Of a stretch of DNA of 64,000 nucleotides, positions 50,263-58,037 are shown one piece after another. Origin of the DNA: Akkermansia muciniphila (lineage in GTDB: Bacteria; Verrucomicrobiota; Verrucomicrobiia; Verrucomicrobiales; Akkermansiaceae); contig CANQLV010000012.1 in the NCBI GenBank assembly GCA_947624785.1, forward strand, positions 992 to 64,991. The letters run 5' to 3'. Numbering within the stretch: the first letter of the stretch is position 1; every line of letters begins with the position of its first letter. A program made the translations under genes and the position numbers. Under the pieces are notes generated by a model. That model ran no database searches and was not told the origin of the DNA. It saw only the letters and a program-made list of their open reading frames with translations.

Positions 50263-51207
50263 TCAGGTGGAGGGAGGGGCGGGCAGAAGCTCCCGGAGGA
50301 TGTGCAGGGTCATTTCTCCGGTTTGCTTGAAGGATTTCTCACCCAGAATGTCCATGTTGTCCCTGGTGGTGTGCCACCAGTTGCCGTCCTGGAAGTCGTC
50401 AATAAGGTTCAGCGTATCCATGCCGCGGTCCATGAAAGGGACGTGGTCGTCCAGAATGGCATAGCCGGAGACGCCCCATTCCTCCGGGGAATAGCCCAGT
50501 TCACGAATGGCGCGGGAATAAACCCGGTACATGGACTGGGGCGTCATGACCGGGATGCGTATCTTTTTCCCCTGCCGCCCCACCATGTCCAGGTTGATCA
50601 TCCACTCGGGCAGCGGCTTCCGCATGGCGGCGGCGTAGTGCTTGGAGCCGTACAGGCCGTCGTCACTGTCCATGTGTTCCGCAAAGCTCTCTTCTCCGTC
50701 AAAAAACACCAGCTCCAGTTCCCCGGCGCGCTCGGGTTCCCCGGCCAGGATGCGTGCCGTTTCCAGAATGGCCGCGGCGCCGGAAGCCCCGTCATTGGCT
50801 CCGGTGAAGCCGGGGATGCCCTGCTTGGTGTCGATATGGCAGGTCAGCAGCCCCCGGACCGGAGCCTGGAAATCCGGCGCCTTGCCAAAGCGGGCCCGCA
50901 GGTTGATGAACTGGATGGGGCCCTTGGGTGTTTCCTGCTCAAAGGATTGCTCCTGGCAGGCCCAGCCGTGTCTGGACAGTTCCTTCTTCAGGTAGTCCAG
51001 TTGCTGACGGTAGCCGGGAGTGCCGGAGCCCCGGTCCCCCATCTCCGTTATCCGGGCGGCGTGGAACATGGCGTTTCCTCCGTTGAAGTGGGTTGTTTCC
51101 TCAAGCCGGGCGGGAATGGTTTCCGCGCCCGGAAGGGGCGTTTCCACGGGATTTCCGCACTGCATCAGCAGGGCCGTGAGCAGAATAAGTCCGATGCGGG
51201 GCGTCAT
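50263..51207 (-). CDS. M28 family Zn peptidase / glutaminyl-cyclase-like lipoprotein
   Basis: LLMQC lipobox-like, CHIDTK, GANDGASG, FFDGEE, NLDMVG, DDHVPF, WHT..D. Confidence 0.85.
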   Translation of the reverse strand: MTPRIGLILLTALLMQCGNPVETPLPGAETIPARLEETTHFNGGNAMFHAARITEMGDRGSGTPGYRQQLDYLKKELSRHGWACQEQSFEQETPKGPIQFINLRARFGKAPDFQAPVRGLLTCHIDTKQGIPGFTGANDGASGAAAILETARILAGEPERAGELELVFFDGEESFAEHMDSDDGLYGSKHYAAAMRKPLPEWMINLDMVGRQGKKIRIPVMTPQSMYRVYSRAIRELGYSPEEWGVSGYAILDDHVPFMDRGMDTLNLIDDFQDGNWWHTTRDNMDILGEKSFKQTGEMTLHILRELLPAPPST

Positions 51208-51230
51208 GGGAAAAAGACGGAGTGGAAGGT

Positions 51231-52118
51231 TTACTTGGAAGCGGACCATTCATCCTGGCCCAGAAGTTCAAGAATGCGGACGAATTCGGCCTTGCTGGAA
51301 AAGGTGATCTCAATGGAGCCCCGGCTTCCCTGTCCGGAAATATTCACCGGCGTCCCGAACTGTTTGGCGAGCACGCTGGAAATCTTCTTGTACTGCGGGG
51401 AGGTGGGTTTTCTGGCGGGAGCCGCCGGTTCCGGGGGATTGAGAATCTTCTGGATGGCCTTCTCCGTCTGGCGGACGGTGTAGCCCTTGTTGACGATGTC
51501 GCGTCCGAGCTGGATTTGCTGGTCCTGGTTCTTGAGGGACAGGAGCACCTTGGCATGCCCCACGCTGATGAAGGCGTTGCCCAGCATGTCCTGGACCGCC
51601 TGGGGAAGATCAAGCAGGCGCATGCTGTTGGCCACGGCGGCGCGGGATTTGCCTACCCGCTTGGCGATGTCCCCCTGCTTCATGCGGAATTCCGTTTTCA
51701 GGCGCATGTAGCCGGAGGCCTCTTCCAGCGGGCTGAGGTTTTCACGCTGGAGGTTTTCAATTAGCGCCAGCTCCAGCACGTCCTTGTCGGAAGCCTCCCG
51801 GATGATGGCGGGCACGGTGGACAGGCCCAGGATGCCGGAAGCGCGCCAGCGCCTTTCCCCGGCAATCAGCTCATACTTGCCGCTCTCCGTTTTCCGGACG
51901 ATCAGCGGCTGGATGATGCCGTGCTCCTTGATGGAGTCCACCAGCTCCGCCAGTTGTTCCGGAGTAAAGATGGCGCGCGGCTGGAGGGAGCTGGGAATAA
52001 TGGAGGCATGGGATAATTGATGCACAACGTCTCCCGCCTGGGGAGCCGTCAAGGATTCACGAGACAGATTTTGATTGATAAGGGCGTCAAAGCCTTTCCC
52101 CAGAGCCGGTTTTGCCAT
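51231..52118 (-). CDS. parB: ParB/Spo0J chromosome partitioning protein
   Basis: LGKGFDAL, QPR..F, LIAGERRWRAS, LIENLQRENL, HTH GKSRAAVANSMRLL. Confidence 0.96.
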   Translation of the reverse strand: MAKPALGKGFDALINQNLSRESLTAPQAGDVVHQLSHASIIPSSLQPRAIFTPEQLAELVDSIKEHGIIQPLIVRKTESGKYELIAGERRWRASGILGLSTVPAIIREASDKDVLELALIENLQRENLSPLEEASGYMRLKTEFRMKQGDIAKRVGKSRAAVANSMRLLDLPQAVQDMLGNAFISVGHAKVLLSLKNQDQQIQLGRDIVNKGYTVRQTEKAIQKILNPPEPAAPARKPTSPQYKKISSVLAKQFGTPVNISGQGSRGSIEITFSSKAEFVRILELLGQDEWSASK

Positions 52119-52411
52119 AGCAGGGAAGAAACTAGCATGATCCGGTTCCGTTTTCAACAGGGTATTTGTTTTCCGCGGCGGAAATTCCCGCTTGTGCGGC
52201 CGGGTTCATCATCCCTGTTCCCGGACGTATCAGGCGTGTTGCGCCGCACCCCGGGAGCAGGTCAAAGATGTCCGTGCCTTGAAATGGCCCGCTGCCGCCG
52301 CGCTGGCTTCCGGCGGGGAAGGGGATGGACAGGAACCGACCTCCCGTTCCTTTTCTTCCGGCAGGCTGCGGACATCCTGTCCCGTGCAGGGCAGACGGGC
52401 GTTTCAAGGCC

Positions 52412-52516
52412 ATGAACCAACAAATGAACAAGATGAACAACAATGAACAATCCTGCCATGGCGAGGGTTTTCCCTGCGCTGAATTCCTTGAACCCCTTGC
52501 CCCCTCCCTCCGATGA
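52412..52516 (+). other. Short (34 aa) ORF coupled to the next gene; probable decayed phage gene
   Basis: MNQQMNKMNNNEQSCH...; its TGA overlaps the ATG at 52513 (ATGA). Status uncertain. Confidence 0.3.
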
Positions 52517-52839
52517 AGCTCAATCTGACGGAAGAACAAAAGAAAGCCGCTCTGGAAGCGGGAAAGCAGGGCATGAAAAACGCCTATGAGAAAAGCAAGT
52601 CCCGTGCCGGATTGACGTGGTGGGAACGCCTCCTGTGGGTGGTCCTGGCGGGAGCGGCCTATGCGGCGTCCTCCCTTCTTTCCGGCTGCGGGCATACCAT
52701 AGACGTGACTGCGGAGCGGACGGAGATATGCAGGGACGGCGCCTGCCTGGTGCTGGAACCGGGGCGCCTCTCCTATTCCCAGACCCAGCCGGAGACGGAG
52801 GTACAGCCTGTGATCCAGAGAATCCGGAAAGGCAAATGA
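52513..52839 (+). CDS. Small membrane protein, putative phage lysis accessory (holin/spanin-like)
   Basis: 108 aa; basic N-terminus, WWERLLWVVLAGAAYAASSLLSGC hydrophobic segment ending in a lipobox-like LLSGC; near an endolysin. Function inferred. Confidence 0.5.
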   Translation: MKLNLTEEQKKAALEAGKQGMKNAYEKSKSRAGLTWWERLLWVVLAGAAYAASSLLSGCGHTIDVTAERTEICRDGACLVLEPGRLSYSQTQPETEVQPVIQRIRKGK

Positions 52840-52942
52840 TTCCGTGCCGTCCGGTCCGCAACCTGCCGGGACAGGCGGTTCTGCATGAGCCGTCCCGGCG
52901 GGAATTGCTGAAGTGAATGGACTATGGAAAAAGGGGGAATGG

Positions 52943-53327
52943 CATGAACGCCTTATCAGCCGCCGCCGCCTATTATCTGGCTGCGGGCAGGAGGGAAGAG
53001 GAGATGGAGGAGGATGGCCGCAGCCAGGATGTCTATGTCCGTACTCCGGAACTTGTACTGATGGCGCGCAGGGTGGATTCCTCCGCTCCTTTCGGCAGGA
53101 TTATTGACGTCCGCTGCCGGTTTGAGCCGGAACGGTGCGACGCCTGGCATCTCCATTTTCTGGCGGGGGAAGTACGGGGGCTGTTGTCTTATGAACGGGA
53201 AATTCTTTCCCTGCCATGGATTCTGACCCAGCATGGCAAGCGCGGGGACGGGCGGCTGATGAAGTTCTCTTCCTCCCGGTTCTTCCGCCTGCTGGCGGCA
53301 TCTGCGGCCGCCGGACCGCTCTCCTGA
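52943..53327 (+). CDS. Hypothetical protein, probably phage-derived
   Basis: 128 aa from MNALSAAAAYY, preceded by GGGGGA and ending just before a strong hairpin. Confidence 0.55.
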
Positions 53328-53344
53328 CCCTGTTGATGAAACGC

Positions 53345-53379
53345 AAGCATCCATGCGGAAGGCCGCATGGATGCTTTTT
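53345..53379. terminator. Terminator hairpin between convergent genes
   Basis: Perfect 14-bp stem AAGCATCCATGCGG-AAGG-CCGCATGGATGCTT, with a T run on the plus strand. Confidence 0.8.
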
Positions 53380-53470
53380 GCATGCCGGATGCCGCCCTGA
53401 TGAAAGCGTGTGAAGGCATTCAAAGGCGTCGGCCGCTTCCCGGTTCGCGGCATTTTGGGTGAAAATCCTG

Positions 53471-54052
53471 CTAGGCCAGGGAGACGGCGAGCTTGTAGGC
53501 ATCTTCACAGCGGCGCAGCCAGCCCTTGCCGAACACGGGGAATTGCTTGCAGGAACGGTAAAATGACTTGCGCCGCTCGTAGAGGCTGTCAAGGAGCTTG
53601 CGTTCGCCGGCCCCTGCAAGAACGGTTTGCAGCGTTTGCCGGGTTTGTTTTCCGGGAATGCCGTCCTCGGCAATCCCGGCGCCGTGGTCGTTCAGGGCGC
53701 GCTGCAATATCTTCCCGGCATTTTTACTGCCGGAATTGAAATAGTGGTCGCGCAGGAAGAACTCAATTTCCGGATGGGCGTCAGAGCCAATCCAGGAGCG
53801 GACGGCGGCGGTATTGTCCAGAACGTACTGAAGGCAGCCTTCCCAGGCTTCTTCCCGTTTTCCGGCGTCAAGCAGAGACTTGAGGCGGTTGAATACGGCG
53901 GGTTCAATGCCGTCGCAAATGCCGCAGATTTCCCATTTGCCGCCCTTGTCGGCGGCGGGGAGGCGGGAGACGCGCAGGGAGTCCGGGCCGGTGACGCGGT
54001 CGTCTTCAAAGCGGAGAATGGCCGCAGCCATCTTTTTTTCTGTAGTATTCAT
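53471..54052 (-). CDS. Glycoside hydrolase family 108 lysozyme (phage endolysin-like)
   Basis: LRFE...D.GG.WEI.GI, D.YFNSG...A.KILQRAL, DGIPG..T, C-terminal FGKGWLRR (PG_binding_3-like); no signal peptide. Confidence 0.82.
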   Translation of the reverse strand: MNTTEKKMAAAILRFEDDRVTGPDSLRVSRLPAADKGGKWEICGICDGIEPAVFNRLKSLLDAGKREEAWEGCLQYVLDNTAAVRSWIGSDAHPEIEFFLRDHYFNSGSKNAGKILQRALNDHGAGIAEDGIPGKQTRQTLQTVLAGAGERKLLDSLYERRKSFYRSCKQFPVFGKGWLRRCEDAYKLAVSLA

Positions 54053-54822
54053 TGGTTCCAATAGTGGTGGAGGTTCGGCGGACCTGCAATGAATGCGTCT
54101 TCAAGGGGGAAAACGGCTTTTTGACCTGCCGTTTTCCGTCAATGAACGGTCCGCCGCTTGAGCTGCATGCACGGCTGCCGGGTCCGGGAATAAATGAGGC
54201 GTCTCCGGAGCGGTTTGATGCGTTCCTGTATGGAGGCGCCTTTCTTCCCCGGCGGCAATAAGCTCTTTATTCCTAGCCTGTTCATGAACCATTGAAAACA
54301 AAAAGCATAACGCCTGAAATTCACAAAACCCGGTGAAGGATGATGGTTTCTTTCATTTCCGGGGATTGGCGGCTGCAGCCTGTCGGCATTAAAGACGCTG
54401 TGGAATCGTTTCCGGATATTCCCCCGGACGCGGGGGCCATCCGGGGAAGTGGAGCTTCCCTTGGAAACATGGCACATGGGTTTTCAGCGATTGTTTTGGT
54501 GCGCCCGGAATTTATTTTGCACGAAAAGAATGATTAAGTCTTGCGTCCCGTTGGAAAGGGTGTCACTGTCAAAAGACTTTACGTTAGGATACTTTGCCCC
54601 TTGGCCTCCGTGCCAGGGGGCTTTTTTATGAATGCGGCACGTCGTGTTCCGGATAACGCGGGCGGCATGGGTTCCTGAATCCGTTCCCGGTTCAGGATGG
54701 GCGCAGCCGCCGGACCCGGCATGCCGCGCATTCCCGTTTCAGGACGAATCCGGAGGGAAGGGCCTTTTCCGTTTTGACGTGTGGCCTGACGTGCGGCTGC
54801 GTTCTCCCTTGCAAGAAAAAGA

Positions 54823-54853
54823 AAACCCCTCAAGCGGTGAACTTGAGGGGTTT
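54823..54853 (-). terminator. Terminator downstream of tRNA-Thr
   Basis: AAACCCCTCAAG-cggtgaa-CTTGAGGGGTTT hairpin with a T-rich tail on the minus strand. Confidence 0.8.
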
Positions 54854-54857
54854 ATAA

Positions 54858-54932
54858 TGGAGCCGCTTGTCAGATTTGAACTGACGACCGTCCGCTTACA
54901 AGGCGGGTGCTCTACCACTGAGCTAAAGCGGC
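54858..54932 (-). tRNA. tRNA-Thr(TGT)
   Basis: Reverse complement GCCGCTT-TA-GCTC-AGTGGTA-GAGC-A-CCCGC-CTTGTAA-GCGGA-CGGTC-GTCAG-TTCAAAT-CTGAC-AAGCGGC-TCCA; anticodon TGT, encoded CCA. Confidence 0.96.
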
Positions 54933-55026
54933 GTGGTGAATGAGGTGGCCCATATCTACAGAAGATGGCCCGTGGTGGCAAGCCGAAAATGGGGTGGCAG
55001 GCATGGCGCGCCTCATTTTAACCGCC

Positions 55027-57168
55027 TCAGGAGTCAAACAGGGAGCCCTGTTCCAGTGCGGGACCGGCAGGAGGTTCCTCCGGTCCGGGGGGGGGCCCGG
55101 CCTGCGGCGGTTCCGTGCCTGGAGAGGGCGTGTTTTCCGCCTGTTCCGTGGCAGCGGAAGGGGAGGGCGTTTCTTCCTCCGTTTCCCCGTCTCCGGATTT
55201 CGCCGGAGGCATGATGCGGGAGACGCGTTCCACCGGATGTTTGGTAATGATGTTGCCCTGGGCGCCGCGGTTTTTAATCCTCAGGTCCGCGAAGTGGAAG
55301 GGCCTGACCAGGTTGCGGAGCTTCAGCACGGCTTTCAGATAGACGTTCACGCTGATCTGGGCGCTGTTCTCCTCCGTTTCATGCACGGAGAAGTGGAAGA
55401 TGCGCGTTCCCTTCGCGCCGCGGGTGAGCGGATATTCCTTGTCCCTGGTGAAGCCGCCTATGCGGAAGCGCTTGGCGTACACGGGGCCGTCCCTTCCGTC
55501 CCGGTAGATCAGGTTGAACACGGGGTCGTCATCCTTCTTGATGACGGAGATATAGAGGGGGTTCTTACCGGCGAAGAATTTGTCCTGAATCCGCACGATC
55601 TTGAGCACGCCCGTGCTGTCGATGACCAGAACGTCGTCCAGTGTGGAGCATTTGCAGACGGGATTCCCCTTCTTGACGCCGTACCCGGCGAAGCCTTCTT
55701 CGTCAATGTACAGCGTTTCATTGGCCACGGCCACCTGGGCGCGGTCCACGGAGCCGAAGGAGGAGATTTCCGTTTTCCGGGGATAGGCGGCGCCGTACTT
55801 CTTGCGGAGGGCTTCAAACCAGCGGATGGTGAATTTGGTGAGCTGGCTGAGGTTCTTCTGCGTCTGTTCGATGTCCGCCTCAAGCTGCCGGATGTGCTGG
55901 TCCGCCTTGAACGCGTCAAACTTGGAGATGCGCTTGATTTTAATTTCCGTCAGCCGCACCAGGTCGTCCCTGGTAATGGGCGCGCGCAGTTGGGCGGCAA
56001 AGGGCTGCAATTCCCGGTCAATGGTGCCGAGCACTTCCTCCCACGTCTCCGAATCTTCAATGGAGAGGTAGATGCGGTTTTCAATGAAAATCTTTTCCAG
56101 GCTTGCCTGGTGCCATGCCTCGTTCAGTTCCTTGAGGCGCATTTCCTGTTCCTGGCGCAGGATGTTCCTGGTGGAGTCCGTGTTGTAGCGCAGGATGTCG
56201 CTCACGCACATGAACCGGGGCTTTTCCTCCACGATGACGCAGGCGTTCGGGGAAATGCTGACCTCGCAGGCGGAGAAGGCGAACAGGGCTTTCCTGGTCT
56301 GCTCCGGGTCCGCTCCGGCCGGGAGATGCACCAGGATGTCCACGTGCTGGGCCGTATTGTCTTCAATGCGGGCGATTTTGATTTTCCCCTTTTCCGCGGC
56401 GGAGACAATGGTATCAATCAGTATTTCCGTGGTGACTCCGAACGGAATTTCCGTGATGCGGAGAAGCTTCTTCGATTCCGTGAGGATGCGCGCCCGGATG
56501 CGGACGCGCCCCGTGCCCCGTTCACCGTCCCGGTAGTTGGTGGCGTCCATCACGCCTCCGGTCGGGAAGTCCGGCAGAAGCTGGAAGGGCTGGCCGCGCA
56601 AGTGCGCGATGGAGGCGTCAATCAGTTCGTTGAAATTGTGGGGAAGAATTTTGCTGGAAAGGCCTACGGCAATGCCTTCCGCCCCCTGGGCAAGGAGCAG
56701 GGGGAATTTGACGGGAAGGCTGACCGGCTCCTTGTTCCTGCCGTCATAGGAAAGCTGCCATTCCGTGACCTTGGGGCTGAATACGACTTCACGGGCGAAG
56801 GAGGTGAAGCGCGCTTCAATGTAGCGGGAGGCCGCCGCTGGGTCCCCGGTCAGGATGTTGCCCCAGTTCCCCTGCGTGTCGATGAGCAGCCCTTTCTGTC
56901 CCAGCCCCACCAGCGCGTCCGCAATGGAGCGGTCGCCGTGCGGGTGGAATTTCATCGTATCCCCCACGATGTTCGCCACTTTACTATAGCGTCCGTCGTC
57001 CAGCCGGTCCATGGCGTGCAGAATGCGGCGCTGCACGGGTTTGAACCCGTCATTGATCTTGGGTACGGCCCGTTCCAGAATGACGTACGAGGCGTAATCC
57101 AGAAAGTAGTCGGCATACATGCCTTCCACGGACTGGCTCGCGGGAGCAATGTGGGCGGGTTGAGTCAC
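55027..57168 (-). CDS. parC: DNA topoisomerase IV subunit A (GyrA/ParC family)
   Basis: DGFKPVQRRIL, KFHPHGD, catalytic SRYIEAR, GIAVGLS, PDFPTGG; short C-terminal domain without a GyrA box; GTG start. Confidence 0.88.
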   Translation of the reverse strand: MTQPAHIAPASQSVEGMYADYFLDYASYVILERAVPKINDGFKPVQRRILHAMDRLDDGRYSKVANIVGDTMKFHPHGDRSIADALVGLGQKGLLIDTQGNWGNILTGDPAAASRYIEARFTSFAREVVFSPKVTEWQLSYDGRNKEPVSLPVKFPLLLAQGAEGIAVGLSSKILPHNFNELIDASIAHLRGQPFQLLPDFPTGGVMDATNYRDGERGTGRVRIRARILTESKKLLRITEIPFGVTTEILIDTIVSAAEKGKIKIARIEDNTAQHVDILVHLPAGADPEQTRKALFAFSACEVSISPNACVIVEEKPRFMCVSDILRYNTDSTRNILRQEQEMRLKELNEAWHQASLEKIFIENRIYLSIEDSETWEEVLGTIDRELQPFAAQLRAPITRDDLVRLTEIKIKRISKFDAFKADQHIRQLEADIEQTQKNLSQLTKFTIRWFEALRKKYGAAYPRKTEISSFGSVDRAQVAVANETLYIDEEGFAGYGVKKGNPVCKCSTLDDVLVIDSTGVLKIVRIQDKFFAGKNPLYISVIKKDDDPVFNLIYRDGRDGPVYAKRFRIGGFTRDKEYPLTRGAKGTRIFHFSVHETEENSAQISVNVYLKAVLKLRNLVRPFHFADLRIKNRGAQGNIITKHPVERVSRIMPPAKSGDGETEEETPSPSAATEQAENTPSPGTEPPQAGPPPGPEEPPAGPALEQGSLFDS

Positions 57169-57221
57169 GGCCGCAAATATTAAAGGAATTGTTCCGGAGG
57201 GGCAAGTGCGATCTCCGGAAA

Positions 57222-57258
57222 GAAAATAACCGGCCTTCCGTTAAGGAAAGCCGGTTAT
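57222..57258 (-). terminator. Putative terminator between the HTH gene and parC
   Basis: ATAACCGGC-C-TTCC-gttaa-GGAA-A-GCCGGTTAT hairpin with T run on the minus strand. Confidence 0.65.
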
Positions 57259-57283
57259 CGGAAAAATGAATGGATAACCGCAA

Positions 57284-57664
57284 TCAGGCCTGTTTGGCCG
57301 TAAGCCTGTTTTTGAGTTCCTCCGCTTCGGCGCGCAGGGCGTCGAGCTTGGCTGTCTGGGCTTCAAGGTCGGCGATTTCTTCCAGGACTGCTGCCAGGCG
57401 GCGCAGGTCCGCGGGCTGGGCTGTTGCGAGAGGCTGAACTTTGGGAGCGGCTGTGTTTTTGGTGCCGGGCTTGCGGCCGCGCTTGGCCTTGGTGGCCTTC
57501 ATCCAGCTTGAAATGGTTACCGTGCTGATGCCGAAGCGTTCAGCGGCCTCCTTCTGGGCGCCTCTTTTGTTCTGAGTTTTCCGTTCGGCAATGAAGTCAA
57601 GAACGGATTGTTTTTCTTCAGGCGTATAGCGCCTCTTGTTTTTGGTGCTGTCGTTGGAATTCAT
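57284..57664 (-). CDS. Small DNA-binding protein: HTH + AT-hook-like motif + coiled coil
   Basis: RRYTPEEKQSVL...AAERFGISTVTISSW (HTH_Tnp_1/HTH-like), KRGRKP, C-terminal heptad-like helix. Confidence 0.75.
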   Translation of the reverse strand: MNSNDSTKNKRRYTPEEKQSVLDFIAERKTQNKRGAQKEAAERFGISTVTISSWMKATKAKRGRKPGTKNTAAPKVQPLATAQPADLRRLAAVLEEIADLEAQTAKLDALRAEAEELKNRLTAKQA

Positions 57665-58037
57665 GATATTGACGAGTGGCTATTTGTTTAATCAATGGCC
57701 CGTAGGGTAGCAAGCAAAAAGAGCAAGTATTTTGACATAATTTAAAAGACTGTTTAAATACAGGGAGCATATTGTTGACGTTCAGAGTTAATATGCATAT
57801 TTTATTCATGATTTTTATTATTTAAAATTTGAATTGTTTAACATTCCGAGCAAGGGGGGTGAGGGATGTTTAAACGCTTTTTCATTTTCCGCTCCGCATG
57901 AAGTCTTTTTCCGTAAATTCCTTGTTGAATCGGGTGTTCCGGAGAATTTCGCGTCCCTTCGTCAGTCCGGATTTTGAGATTGCAGGAGCCGGCGGGATCG
58001 TGTAAAATCACCCCAATCTTCCAGCCATTTTATCATC

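Noticed and set aside
51231-52512. parS site near parB
   Set aside because: No match to TGTTTCACGTGAAACA was noticed; a motif scan would be needed to exclude variants.
54052-54537. Short plus-strand ORFs 54052-54261 and 54340-54537 as further phage genes
   Set aside because: Short, with no recognisable motif or clear RBS; they could be decayed fragments but cannot be supported.
52119-54857. attL/attR direct repeat of the tRNA-Thr 3' end, and an intact prophage
   Set aside because: I found no second copy of TGGAGCCGCTTGTCAG by eye and no integrase or structural genes; reported as a remnant only.
57284-57664. IS3-family insertion sequence
   Set aside because: OrfA-like HTH only; no OrfB/DDE ORF, frameshift motif, terminal inverted repeats or target duplication were seen.
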